Position numbers and translations under genes: made by a program
Source of the DNA: an uncultured bacterium
GTDB taxonomy: Bacteria > Abyssobacteria > SURF-5
Assembly (NCBI GenBank): GCA_964607485.1
Contig: CAZSKP010000010.1
Coordinates: 67,451 to 131,450 of the forward strand
DNA length: 64,000 bases
Direction: 5' to 3'
Shown: in pieces, positions 48,368 through 57,187 of the stretch
Position numbering within the stretch: the first letter of the stretch is position 1
How the letters are laid out: every line of letters begins with the position of its first letter
Notes under the pieces: model-generated
What the model saw: only the letters and a program-made list of their open reading frames with translations
What the model was told of the DNA's origin: nothing
The model's database searches: none

Positions 48368-48817
48368 TCACACGTCGAATATCACTCTGGCCAGCCAGCC
48401 TCCGCCCGAGCGCGAAACCTCCAGCTGGTGGTAGGTGGCCGCCTTCACATTCTCGCCAATTGTGTGCACCGCCTCATCGTAGGGCTCGCCCATCACGGAT
48501 GCTTCGAGCGACCTGTCGGTCACCGAGTTGACCTCGAACCTGCTGAAAAACATCCCGTTCACGTCGGCTCTGAAGGCCAGCTCATTGAGCCAGGTGACGA
48601 GCAGTTCCTCGAGGCTGTCGGCCTCCAGACTGATTTCGGCCTTCTGAACGGGCTTTACCTTCGACAGGTCCACCATGAGGTCGAACATCGCGCACGCGGC
48701 CAGCGCAAACAGTTCCTCGAGGCTTTTCGCCCTGACACAAATGCCGATATCCGCCGTGTGCTCTATGACCTCATAGCCGTCCCGTATTGTGCCGGCATCG
48801 GCGACGCTCTTTGCCAC
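48368..48817 (-). CDS. Archease
   Basis: EHTADI, LEELF, WLNEL, VKAATYH and a terminal FDV. GTG start follows SD GGAGG. Confidence 0.93.
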   Translation of the reverse strand: MAKSVADAGTIRDGYEVIEHTADIGICVRAKSLEELFALAACAMFDLMVDLSKVKPVQKAEISLEADSLEELLVTWLNELAFRADVNGMFFSRFEVNSVTDRSLEASVMGEPYDEAVHTIGENVKAATYHQLEVSRSGGGWLARVIFDV

Positions 48818-48842
48818 GTTTCTCCTCCCCCGTCGTCGGCCG

Positions 48843-49466
48843 TTACCACACCAGGCCGAGCGCTTCCCTTCCAATTAGTATAATGAAGCCGGCAGCAATT
48901 AGCAACGTCCATATGGTTGCCAGCCGGGGGGGGAGAAGACGTTCCGAGGCAACGAGCGAGACAAGGGTGAGAAGGTCCAGGCAGACGAGCCCCTTGAAGA
49001 AGGAACCCGGATGGGAGAGGAGGGTTCGTGACGTTGCGGAAACGAGAACATCGACGAAGAGAAGCAGGTGCGATATGGTCAGGCTCGTCCAGAGGACCGC
49101 TCCGATGGCCACCTTTCCCCTCGGCCAGGTGGGCTCATCGGCTGGGCTCGCGGGTTGAGCGGGCTTCTCTTCGTCCGCGGCTTGCTCGGCAGGGCAGGGC
49201 AGGTTTTCATAGCAGGATATGCAGTACACGACTCCGAGCGTGCTCAGCCGATAGCCGTTTATCAACGACGCTCCGCAATTCGAGCAATGTCCCCGCAGAT
49301 AGAGTTCAGCCGCGCGCTCACGCGCTTTTTCCTGGACAGTGGTATCGAAACAATCGCGGCAGAAACGCACACCAAGCGGACTCTGTCGGTAATCATTTCC
49401 GAGCGGCGCGCCGCACCGGGCGCACACCGCATGCTCGGGCCATTCCTCATGATGTTCAGCAGACAT
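48843..49466 (-). CDS. Hypothetical membrane protein with two tandem CxxC...CxxC zinc-finger repeats
   Basis: Repeats CARCGAPL...LGVRFCRDC and CSNCGASL...LGVVYCISC, then about three C-terminal hydrophobic helices. Confidence 0.7.
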   Translation of the reverse strand: MSAEHHEEWPEHAVCARCGAPLGNDYRQSPLGVRFCRDCFDTTVQEKARERAAELYLRGHCSNCGASLINGYRLSTLGVVYCISCYENLPCPAEQAADEEKPAQPASPADEPTWPRGKVAIGAVLWTSLTISHLLLFVDVLVSATSRTLLSHPGSFFKGLVCLDLLTLVSLVASERLLPPRLATIWTLLIAAGFIILIGREALGLVW

Positions 49467-49535
49467 GATCGGCTACCATCGAATGCGGTAATCCGGAAAC
49501 AGAGATTATTCTCCCGCGTTTCCGAAAAACCGCCG

Positions 49536-49964
49536 CTAGATCTTCGCGGGAGGCGGCTGGGACGACGGCTTCTTGTGCTTCGCCGGCTCTGAATTGGCGA
49601 GCGCCTTGACCTTCTTTATCAGGTCGCGTGTGTTGAATGGTTTCGTCAGAAGTTCGTTTGCCAGGTTGGTCGAACCGTTTTCCTCGAGGCGTTTCTTTTC
49701 GAGCAGGTTGCCGGTAATCAGCATCGCCGGCGTGTCCTTCAGCCTTGAACTCCGCCGCATCAACTGGAGCAGTTTGACGCCCGAGACCTTGGGCATGACC
49801 AAGTCCAGTATGACGGCGTCGAAACTGTGTTTGCGGAGCAACTTGAACGCCTGCTCGCCGTCGCGGGCCGTTCGGACATCCAGCCCCTCGTGCGCCAAGA
49901 TAGCCTTGATAACCTCCAGAACGTCCGGATCGTCGTCGGCGATCAAGACTCGCTTCTTCCCCAT
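49536..49964 (-). CDS. Single-domain response regulator (receiver only)
   Basis: VLIADDD, ILDL-x-MP-x-x-x-G, IT and KPF motifs. Start at MGKKRV. Confidence 0.92.
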   Translation of the reverse strand: MGKKRVLIADDDPDVLEVIKAILAHEGLDVRTARDGEQAFKLLRKHSFDAVILDLVMPKVSGVKLLQLMRRSSRLKDTPAMLITGNLLEKKRLEENGSTNLANELLTKPFNTRDLIKKVKALANSEPAKHKKPSSQPPPAKI

Positions 49965-50252
49965 ATCTCTTCCCCCCCCAATCCTTAACAACCAAGGATT
50001 TTGTGCTATTATTTATAAAAGCCTGCTGTTGGGGGACTCTTGGGAATTCTCTCCCGGTTGATATGGGGACGGGCCAAATTACGACTTCCCTTCGCCTTTG
50101 CTGGATGATGGATGATATGGTATAAGAAAAGTATAAAGAAATTCCTGCTACATTCCATTCATCCCATCACCGCAAGCGGAATGCATTCTACCATGCACGC
50201 ACACATTTTTCAAGCACAAAATCATCGATCGCCGCATGCAAACTCTTCCCGC

Positions 50253-50281
50253 TTGACAAGGGTGATTTTATGTGGTATATT
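50253..50281 (+). promoter_or_regulatory. sigma70 promoter of the cold-shock gene
   Basis: TTGACA (50253-58), N17, TATATT (50276-81) with an extended TG. Confidence 0.75.
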
Positions 50282-50284
50282 TCC

Positions 50285-50371
50285 TGCCAAGAGCAAAGCT
50301 CTTGGCAACGAGTTGGTAAAGCTGTTGGCTCATGTCCGTAAGAGTTTTGGCAGGCTCTTGCGGGCTTTTTT
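50285..50371 (+). promoter_or_regulatory. Structured csp 5' leader with an intrinsic-terminator-like hairpin (candidate attenuator)
   Basis: A perfect 10-bp IR, tgccaagagc-aaa-gctcttggca, then a stem gtccgtaagagt / gctcttgcgggc followed by T6. Both lie upstream of the SD. Confidence 0.55.
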
Positions 50372-50417
50372 GTGAGAAAACGCTTTGCTTGATTTTCGAT
50401 GAAGGAGGTGAGAGTAG

Positions 50418-50618
50418 TTGCCGGAAGGAACAGTAAAATGGTTTAACGACCAAAAGGGTTATGGCTTCATAACCCAGGACAACGGTCCGGATGTGTTCGT
50501 ACACCACTCGGCCATTCAGGGAGGTGGTTTCAAGACACTGTCCGAAAACGACCGTGTCAGTTTCGAAACGGTCCAGGGTGAAAAGGGCCTCAAAGCAGAA
50601 AACGTGGTGAAGCTGTAA
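50418..50618 (+). CDS. Cold-shock protein (CspA family)
   Basis: GTVKWFN, RNP1 KGYGFI and RNP2 VFVH. TTG start follows AAGGAGGTG. Confidence 0.97.
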   Translation: MPEGTVKWFNDQKGYGFITQDNGPDVFVHHSAIQGGGFKTLSENDRVSFETVQGEKGLKAENVVKL

Positions 50619-50642
50619 GGGTCTCCATAAATTACTGCGCAC

Positions 50643-50683
50643 AAAACCCCGCATCTGTTCGCGCGATGCGGGGTTTTTGTTTG
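50643..50683 (+). terminator. Rho-independent terminator after csp
   Basis: aaaaccccgcatc / gatgcggggtttt stem followed by a T-rich tail. Confidence 0.85.
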
Positions 50684-50754
50684 CGTTCCATTGTGCGAGC
50701 CAGGGAGCTCCACGACGTTCGCAGCAAACGCAGACCGCGGGAAAAAACTCATTA

Positions 50755-50783
50755 TTGACAACCGGAACCCATGCGTATAGAAT
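50755..50783 (+). promoter_or_regulatory. sigma70 promoter about 275 nt upstream of the GH57 cluster
   Basis: TTGACA (50755-60), N17, TAGAAT (50778-83). Confidence 0.7.
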
Positions 50784-51059
50784 ATGCCTTAGGGCGGGGG
50801 TGAATGTCCGTGTGTCCGGGCCGGTTTCTCCCAACATCACTCCTCGAAACTCCGAGGCAAGCCGCTCATCCCGCGAGCAGAGCGCAAATTATGCGCTGAC
50901 ACGCAATACCTTGATTCCCATGTTCAACTAGCGGCGAAGGATATTTTGGATGATACTTGAATCAACGTCGGGGATCGGCCGAGCCAGCCGAGATCACGGA
51001 AATCATCCATAAGAGGTACCCGCGCGACAGCGACTCTTCACTACCGCAAGGTTCCGCCT

Positions 51060-53246
51060 ATGAACAAACTTCACGTCGCTTTTTTGTGGCACATGCATCA
51101 GCCGATGTACAAGGATCCCATATCGGGTGAATACACCCTTCCGTGGGTTCGACTGCATTCGACCAAGGGGTACAACGACATGCTCTCGATCCTGGAGGGC
51201 TTTCCGCAAATCCGGCAGACCTTCAACCTGGTGCCGTCGCTGATGACGCAGATTCAAGAATACGCCAGCGGAGAAGCGAACGACGTGTTCTGCGAGCTTT
51301 CCCGCAAGCCCGCCGACGAGCTCTCGGAGGACGAGCGCGTGTTTATCCTCCAGAACTTTTTTGCGGCAAATTGGGATACGATGATTCTCATATACCCGAG
51401 GTACGCGGATTTGCTGGAGAAGCGGGGCAGGCGGATATCGCCCGAGGAGCTGTCCGAGAAGCAGGCGCGCTTTTCCGACGACGACATACGCGACCTTCAA
51501 GTGTGGTTCAACCTCACGTGGTTCGGCTATGCCGCCCGGGACAACGACCGCGAGCTCCAGCAATTGTTCCTCAAGAGGCGTGGCTTCTCCGAGGTCGACA
51601 AACGGCTGGTGCTGGAAAAGCAACAACAGATGATCCAGTCGCTCCTTCCCCGATTCAAGGCGGCGCAGGACTCGGGCCGAATCGAGATATCGGTGAGTCC
51701 GTTCTACCACCCGATCCTTCCTCTGCTCTGCGATTCGGAATCGGCCCGCGAGGCACTGCCCGATGTGAAGCTTCCCAGAGAGCGGTTCAGACATCCCGAA
51801 GACGCCCGCCGGCAGGTGGCCTCCGCCGTGTCATTCTACGAGAGCGTCTTCGGTCGAAAGCCGCGGGGCATGTGGCCCTCGGAGGGCTCGGTGAGCGTTG
51901 AGGCGGCAACAATAATGGCCGAGGCCGGATTGGAGTGGGTGGCTACCGACGAGGAAATCCTGCTGAGCACCGTGCCGGGCAAGAGACGCGCCGAGGTCAT
52001 CTATGCGCCATACAGACTCCAGCTCGACGGGGCGGGACTAAACGTGGTCTTCCGCGACAAGGGCCTCTCAGACCTCATCGGATTCAGTTACTCGAAAAGC
52101 GCGCCCGAGGCTTCGGCGAAAGACCTGGCCGGGCATCTGCTCAACATCCACGCGGCCCTCGGGCCGAACTCGGGCGAGCACCTAGTCAGCATAATCCTCG
52201 ACGGCGAAAACCCGTGGGAATACTATCCCGACGGCGGCAGGTCGTTCCTGTCAACGCTCTATACGCTCCTCTCACGGACTGATGAAATCGAAGTGACGAC
52301 CATAGGCAACTATCTCGAGCAATTCCCCCCGAAACTGGGGCTGAAGCGCATCTTCAGCGGCTCGTGGATAAGTCATAATTTCAACATATGGATAGGAAGA
52401 CGCGAGGACAACCTTGCCTGGGATGTGCTTGCGCAAACGCGTAATCATCTCGAAAAGGAACAGGGCCGCCGAGCCGACCTGTCCCCCGACGTTCTGGAGG
52501 CGGCATGGAATGAGATATACGCAGCCGAGGGCAGCGACTGGTTCTGGTGGTACGGCGACGACTTCAGCTCGGCTTACGACGACGAGTTCGACCGGCTGTT
52601 CCGGTCGCACCTGATGCAGGTCCACAGGCTCCTCGGAGAGGATATCCCATCCCACCTCATGGAGCCGATCGTGCACGTGGGCGCCGCGCGTCCGACCGAA
52701 CAACCCGCCGGCTTCTTGAACCCGATAATCGACGGGATGGTCACCCATTTCTATGAATGGGTCGCGGCAGGGAGCTTCGATGTGCGCAAGTCAGGCGGCG
52801 CTATGAATATTTCCGAGACCTGCATCTCACGGATCTATTGGGGATTCGACCTGAAGAACCTGTTCATCCGCATCGACACCTCCGCCAACCCGCTCGGTCC
52901 CGAGATGCGCGAGGTCAAAATAGCCGCGCATATCCAAAACAAAAAGCATCAGCGGATCGAACTCAGCCTGCCTTCCACGCCACGCGAGAAGGGACAACTG
53001 GTCATTCACGAGAATACTGAGGGAGATGCCTGGAAAGAGGTCGGACGAGGCGACAGGATCGGGGCGCACAAGATAATCGAGTTCGCCCTTTATTTCGACC
53101 AGCTGGGACTAAAGACGGGCGACCAAGTGAAGCTCCACGTGACCGTCCACAAGGGACACCTCGAGATCGAGAGGTGGCCGCGCACCGGATACATCGCGTT
53201 TCCGGTTCCCGGCGAAGAGTTCGAGGCGACGATGTGGTTTGTTTGA
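51060..53246 (+). CDS. GH57 glycoside hydrolase (amylopullulanase-like)
   Basis: WHMHQP, HPILPL, WPSEG (nucleophile Glu), LDGEN (acid/base Asp) and AEGSDWFWW. Confidence 0.9.
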   Translation: MNKLHVAFLWHMHQPMYKDPISGEYTLPWVRLHSTKGYNDMLSILEGFPQIRQTFNLVPSLMTQIQEYASGEANDVFCELSRKPADELSEDERVFILQNFFAANWDTMILIYPRYADLLEKRGRRISPEELSEKQARFSDDDIRDLQVWFNLTWFGYAARDNDRELQQLFLKRRGFSEVDKRLVLEKQQQMIQSLLPRFKAAQDSGRIEISVSPFYHPILPLLCDSESAREALPDVKLPRERFRHPEDARRQVASAVSFYESVFGRKPRGMWPSEGSVSVEAATIMAEAGLEWVATDEEILLSTVPGKRRAEVIYAPYRLQLDGAGLNVVFRDKGLSDLIGFSYSKSAPEASAKDLAGHLLNIHAALGPNSGEHLVSIILDGENPWEYYPDGGRSFLSTLYTLLSRTDEIEVTTIGNYLEQFPPKLGLKRIFSGSWISHNFNIWIGRREDNLAWDVLAQTRNHLEKEQGRRADLSPDVLEAAWNEIYAAEGSDWFWWYGDDFSSAYDDEFDRLFRSHLMQVHRLLGEDIPSHLMEPIVHVGAARPTEQPAGFLNPIIDGMVTHFYEWVAAGSFDVRKSGGAMNISETCISRIYWGFDLKNLFIRIDTSANPLGPEMREVKIAAHIQNKKHQRIELSLPSTPREKGQLVIHENTEGDAWKEVGRGDRIGAHKIIEFALYFDQLGLKTGDQVKLHVTVHKGHLEIERWPRTGYIAFPVPGEEFEATMWFV

Positions 53247-53379
53247 TTCGAAACGAAGCTGGCTCTATTCTGAGCAAGGGCCGTGGCTCGAACCACCCTG
53301 AAGCCGCGGCGGGGAGTGGAGGGCTCTGCCTTCACAAACACATCCTGAACGACGTAAGCCAGCCTTGGGAGGGTGAAAG

Positions 53380-54549
53380 ATGATGGATAAGAAAAAACTG
53401 ATGAGAAAGACAAAGTCGGAGATCGTGGAGATGCTCGAAGCTCAGGGTATCGAGGCAGATGAGAGCGCGCCGAAAAAGGACCTTGTCGATTCGGTCCTCG
53501 CGGCCGCCCGAAAACCGCGCCCGGCCCCCGCCCAAAAGGCCAAGGCAGGAAAGCAAGCGAAGAAGCCAATGGCCGTCAAGAGGAAGAAGGAACGCGTGGG
53601 CGAAGCCGAGGCCGTGAGGAAGGCGCAGCAGACGGTCGAAAAGACCAAGTATTCCACAGAATTCGCACGGCCCAAGGCCAAGCCCGAAGAAGCTCCACCA
53701 CCCGAACCTCCAAGGGAAGAGAGGCCCGCCCCACCGGCCTACCCCACAGAACTGCCGCAGGGGTATGGCGACGACCGAATCGTGGCGATGGTGCGCGACC
53801 CGTACTGGATGTTTGCCTATTGGGAGATCACACCGGAGACCTTCGGCCGTGCGCGCCAGGAACTCCGCGAAAAGGCCGACGGCTCGAAGACGGTCCTCAG
53901 GGTGTACGACATAACCAGTGTGCTCTTCACCGGCGAAAACGCGAACAGCCACTTCGACATTGAGGTGACCGGCGGAGCCAACAACTGGTACATAAACACC
54001 GGACGGCCCAACAGGTCGTACTGTGTTGACATCGGCCTGCTCAGCCCCGAGGGCAGTTTCTACACGCTGGCCCGCTCCAACGCCGCGCACATGCCGCGCG
54101 CAGGCATGTCAGAGGAAGTGGACGAGTGCTGGATGAGTCTCGAGGAAGAGTTCGAGCGCATCTACGCGCTCTCGGGCGGATTCCAGATCGGCGCCGGGTC
54201 GCTCGAGCTCAGAGAAATGATGGAGCGGCAGCTCCGCATGCAACTCGCCTCGGAAGCGGTCGGCAGCCTGTTCAGCATGGCGGTTCCACAGAAGGAGCGC
54301 GGGTTCTGGTTCATCGTGAACACCGAACTGGTCGTCTACGGCGCAACCCAGCCCGACGCCACCGTCACCATTCAGGGAAAACCCGTCAGCCTGAGACCCG
54401 ACGGCACGTTCAGCGTCCGGTTCGCGCTGCCCGACGGCGAGCACGTGATCCCCGTCACTGCGCAGTCACCCGACGGAATCGAGGAGCGAACCATCACGCC
54501 GACCGTCACGCGGACGACCTTCGCGCCGGAGCCGGTTGTGGAAGAATGA
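53380..54549 (+). CDS. DUF4912-domain protein with an N-terminal Rho-N/HEH-like helical module
   Basis: LP-x-x-YG...VRDP-x-W-x-x-AYWE, NWY, ARSN and a C-terminal VYGAT-x-PDA...DGTF-x-x-RF-x-LPDG. Confidence 0.8.
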   Translation: MMDKKKLMRKTKSEIVEMLEAQGIEADESAPKKDLVDSVLAAARKPRPAPAQKAKAGKQAKKPMAVKRKKERVGEAEAVRKAQQTVEKTKYSTEFARPKAKPEEAPPPEPPREERPAPPAYPTELPQGYGDDRIVAMVRDPYWMFAYWEITPETFGRARQELREKADGSKTVLRVYDITSVLFTGENANSHFDIEVTGGANNWYINTGRPNRSYCVDIGLLSPEGSFYTLARSNAAHMPRAGMSEEVDECWMSLEEEFERIYALSGGFQIGAGSLELREMMERQLRMQLASEAVGSLFSMAVPQKERGFWFIVNTELVVYGATQPDATVTIQGKPVSLRPDGTFSVRFALPDGEHVIPVTAQSPDGIEERTITPTVTRTTFAPEPVVEE

Positions 54550-54634
54550 ACCCACGCCAACGCACAAGGGCCATAGCAGGGCCATTGGTCGTTGCTCGGG
54601 TTTTGCAGAGAACAATATTCTGGAGTGAAGTCAG

Positions 54635-56218
54635 ATGGAGAACAAAGGATACCTGGCGCTCATACTTCACGCGCACCTGCCCTACGTCAGGCACCCGGAG
54701 CACGAAGACTTCTTGGAAGAGACGTGGCTGTACGAGGCCATCACCGAAACGTATATCCCCCTGATAACGACGTTCGAGAGGCTGCTGGCCGAGGGCGTGG
54801 ACTTCCGTATCAGCATGTCCATCACACCGCCACTCATCTCCATGCTGTGCGACGACCTGCTGCGGAACCGTTACCTTAGACATCTCGACAGGCTCATCGA
54901 CCTCGCCGCGAAAGAAATCGACCGCACGAGCTGGGAGCCGCAATTCAACCGGCTCGCGCACATGTACCACCGGCGATTCACCCGCGCCAGAGAGATGTTC
55001 GACCAGGAATACGGGCGCGACTTGATCGGGGCATTCAGAAAGTTTCAGCAACTGGGAAAGCTCGAGATTCTCACGTGCGGCGCCACGCACGGGTACCTGC
55101 CGTGCCTGGACAATACCGATGCGGGCGTGAAGGCCCAGGTGCGCGTGGCCGTCTCGCACTACGAGAAACACTTCGGCCGCCCGCCCGCGGGCATCTGGCT
55201 TCCCGAATGCGCATACTACCCCGGCCTCGACGAGATACTGAAAGACGCGGGCATCAAGTATTTCATCGTGGAGACGCACGGGATTCTCCACGCTTCGCCT
55301 CGACCGAAGTTCGGTGTGTTCGCCCCGCTCTTCTGCCCGTCGGGAGTGGCGGCGTTCGGCCGCGACATGGAAAGCTCGAAACAGGTGTGGAGCTCGGTCG
55401 AGGGGTACCCCGGCGATTACCACTACCGCGACTTCTATCGCGACGTCGGCTTCGACCTCGACTTTGACTACGTGCGGCCTTACATACAGCCCGACGGAAT
55501 TCGCGTGTTCACGGGGATGAAATACTACAGGATCACCGGCAAGACCGACCACAAGGAGCCCTACGACCCCGACCGCGCGATGGAGAAGGCGGCCGAGCAC
55601 GCGGGCAACTTCATGTTCAATCGCGAGCGCCAGGTTGAGTACCTCGAGTCGATCATGGGCCGCAAGCCGATACTCGTCGCGCCATACGACGCGGAACTGT
55701 TCGGCCACTGGTGGTTCGAGGGGCCGGACTGGCTGTACTACCTTCTCAAGAAAATCCACTTCGACCAGAAGGCGCTCCGCCTCATCACCCCGTCGGAGTA
55801 TCTGCGCGAGAATCCCACCAATCAGGTGGCTACCCCCTCGGCATCGAGCTGGGGCTGGAAGGGCTACCACGAGGTGTGGCTCGAAGGCAGTAACGACTGG
55901 ATCTACCGCCACCTTCACAAGGCCGCCGAGCGGATGAGCGCGCTCGCGCGCACGAACGGAAACCCCGGCCCCGTGACGCAAAGAGCGCTCAACCAGGCCG
56001 CCCGCGAACTGCTCTTGGCCCAGAGCAGCGACTGGGCGTTCATCATGAAGGTCGGCGCAATGGGATCGTATGCGTGCAAGCGAACCGCCGAACACCTGCT
56101 GCGCTTCACCCGCCTCTATCACGAAATCAAGGCCGGCCAAATCGACGAGCCCCACCTTTCCTATATCGAGTCCCTCGACAACATCTTCCCCGACATCCAC
56201 TACTCCGTTTTCTCCTGA
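54635..56218 (+). CDS. GH57 1,4-alpha-glucan branching enzyme (DUF1957)
   Basis: HAHLPYV, ETYIP, THGYLP, WLPEC, PYDAELFGHWWFEG, SSWG and AQSSDW-x-F. Confidence 0.9.
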   Translation: MENKGYLALILHAHLPYVRHPEHEDFLEETWLYEAITETYIPLITTFERLLAEGVDFRISMSITPPLISMLCDDLLRNRYLRHLDRLIDLAAKEIDRTSWEPQFNRLAHMYHRRFTRAREMFDQEYGRDLIGAFRKFQQLGKLEILTCGATHGYLPCLDNTDAGVKAQVRVAVSHYEKHFGRPPAGIWLPECAYYPGLDEILKDAGIKYFIVETHGILHASPRPKFGVFAPLFCPSGVAAFGRDMESSKQVWSSVEGYPGDYHYRDFYRDVGFDLDFDYVRPYIQPDGIRVFTGMKYYRITGKTDHKEPYDPDRAMEKAAEHAGNFMFNRERQVEYLESIMGRKPILVAPYDAELFGHWWFEGPDWLYYLLKKIHFDQKALRLITPSEYLRENPTNQVATPSASSWGWKGYHEVWLEGSNDWIYRHLHKAAERMSALARTNGNPGPVTQRALNQAARELLLAQSSDWAFIMKVGAMGSYACKRTAEHLLRFTRLYHEIKAGQIDEPHLSYIESLDNIFPDIHYSVFS

Positions 56219-56253
56219 GCGCTCTCGGCCCCGGCCTGTATCGCACGCCCCCT

Positions 56254-56282
56254 TTCAAGACGCAGCCCGACTGTGCTACAAT
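56254..56282 (+). promoter_or_regulatory. Candidate rsmG promoter with a very short leader
   Basis: TTCAAG (56254-59), N17, TACAAT (56277-82) with an extended TG. The ATG is 9 nt downstream. Confidence 0.45.
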
Positions 56283-56291
56283 CGGTGAGAC

Positions 56292-57038
56292 ATGCACCCC
56301 GACACCGAGATGTTTCGACAGGTTCTCTCCGCCCAGGCGCGCCGGCTGGACATGGAGCTCACGGAGGACCAGGTCGACGCGCTTTCGGCCCACTACGAGC
56401 TGCTCGTGAAGTGGAACGCGCGCGTCAGGCTCGTCGCCACCACCGATCCGGCGCGATGTGCGACCGAGCTGTTCGGCGACTCTCTCGTCGTTGCCCAGTT
56501 CGTCGAGGACATCGCGGCCGAGACCGCGGGCACCACTCCACTCATACACATGCTCGATATCGGCGCGGGAACAGGGCTGCCGGGCGTTGCCCTGAAAACC
56601 CTGCTGCCGCGGTGGGAGCTGACGTGCATCGAATCAAACGCAAAAAAAGTGTCTTTTATTAAATCGCTCGCCCGCGAGCTGCGACTCGATGGCGTCCGCA
56701 TCATCCGCGGGCGCGCCGAGGAGCTCGCGCACGGGGACGAGTTCCGCGGACAATTCGACGTCGCATTCTGCCGGGCTGTCGCGGCTCCCGCCGTCGCGTG
56801 CGAGCTAGCAGTCCCGTTTCTCAAGGTCGGCGGCTCGTTCATCGCCCAGACGGGTGAAGGGGCAGAGGACGTTCAGAAGGCGTCGGAACTTTTAGGCGCA
56901 ACACTGGTGAAAAGAAAGAGTTACAGACTAGAAGGCGTGTCATCGTGCCGGGTGGTAGCGCGGGTCAAGAAATTCCGCCCAACCCCGCCCGAGTATCCGA
57001 GAGAGGTAAAGAGGACGAAGAGAAAGCCCCTCGCGTAA
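56292..57038 (+). CDS. rsmG: 16S rRNA (guanine527-N7)-methyltransferase RsmG/GidB
   Basis: KWN, DSL, DIGAGTGLPG, KK-x-x-F, RAEE, RAVA and TP-x-x-YPR. It lies upstream of parAB. Confidence 0.92.
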   Translation: MHPDTEMFRQVLSAQARRLDMELTEDQVDALSAHYELLVKWNARVRLVATTDPARCATELFGDSLVVAQFVEDIAAETAGTTPLIHMLDIGAGTGLPGVALKTLLPRWELTCIESNAKKVSFIKSLARELRLDGVRIIRGRAEELAHGDEFRGQFDVAFCRAVAAPAVACELAVPFLKVGGSFIAQTGEGAEDVQKASELLGATLVKRKSYRLEGVSSCRVVARVKKFRPTPPEYPREVKRTKRKPLA

Positions 57039-57044
57039 TCCTGG

Positions 57045-57060
57045 TGTTTCACGTGGAACG
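57045..57060. promoter_or_regulatory. parS centromere site
   Basis: TGTTTCACGTGGAACG, one mismatch to the canonical TGTTTCACGTGGAACA variant. Confidence 0.88.
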
Positions 57061-57074
57061 CGCGCATTTTCTTG

Positions 57075-57103
57075 TTGACTTTTGCGGAGAAGAGTTTTAG
57101 AAT
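57075..57103 (+). promoter_or_regulatory. sigma70 promoter of parAB
   Basis: TTGACT (57075-80), N17, TAGAAT (57098-103). Confidence 0.7.
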
Positions 57104-57187
57104 CATCGAAAAGCACGCGCAGCCTACGGAAACGGTTCTCGATTTCCTCGGCTCCCGTGACGGTCTCTCTGTGGAATACTACCTCTC

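Noticed and set aside
50796-51059. tmRNA-like hints: GGGGGTGAA just after a promoter, and a frame reading ...ANYAL...
   Set aside because: No GGATTCGAC-type 5' motif, no T-arm/CCA 3' end, and the peptide does not end ALAA-stop. Treated as coincidence.
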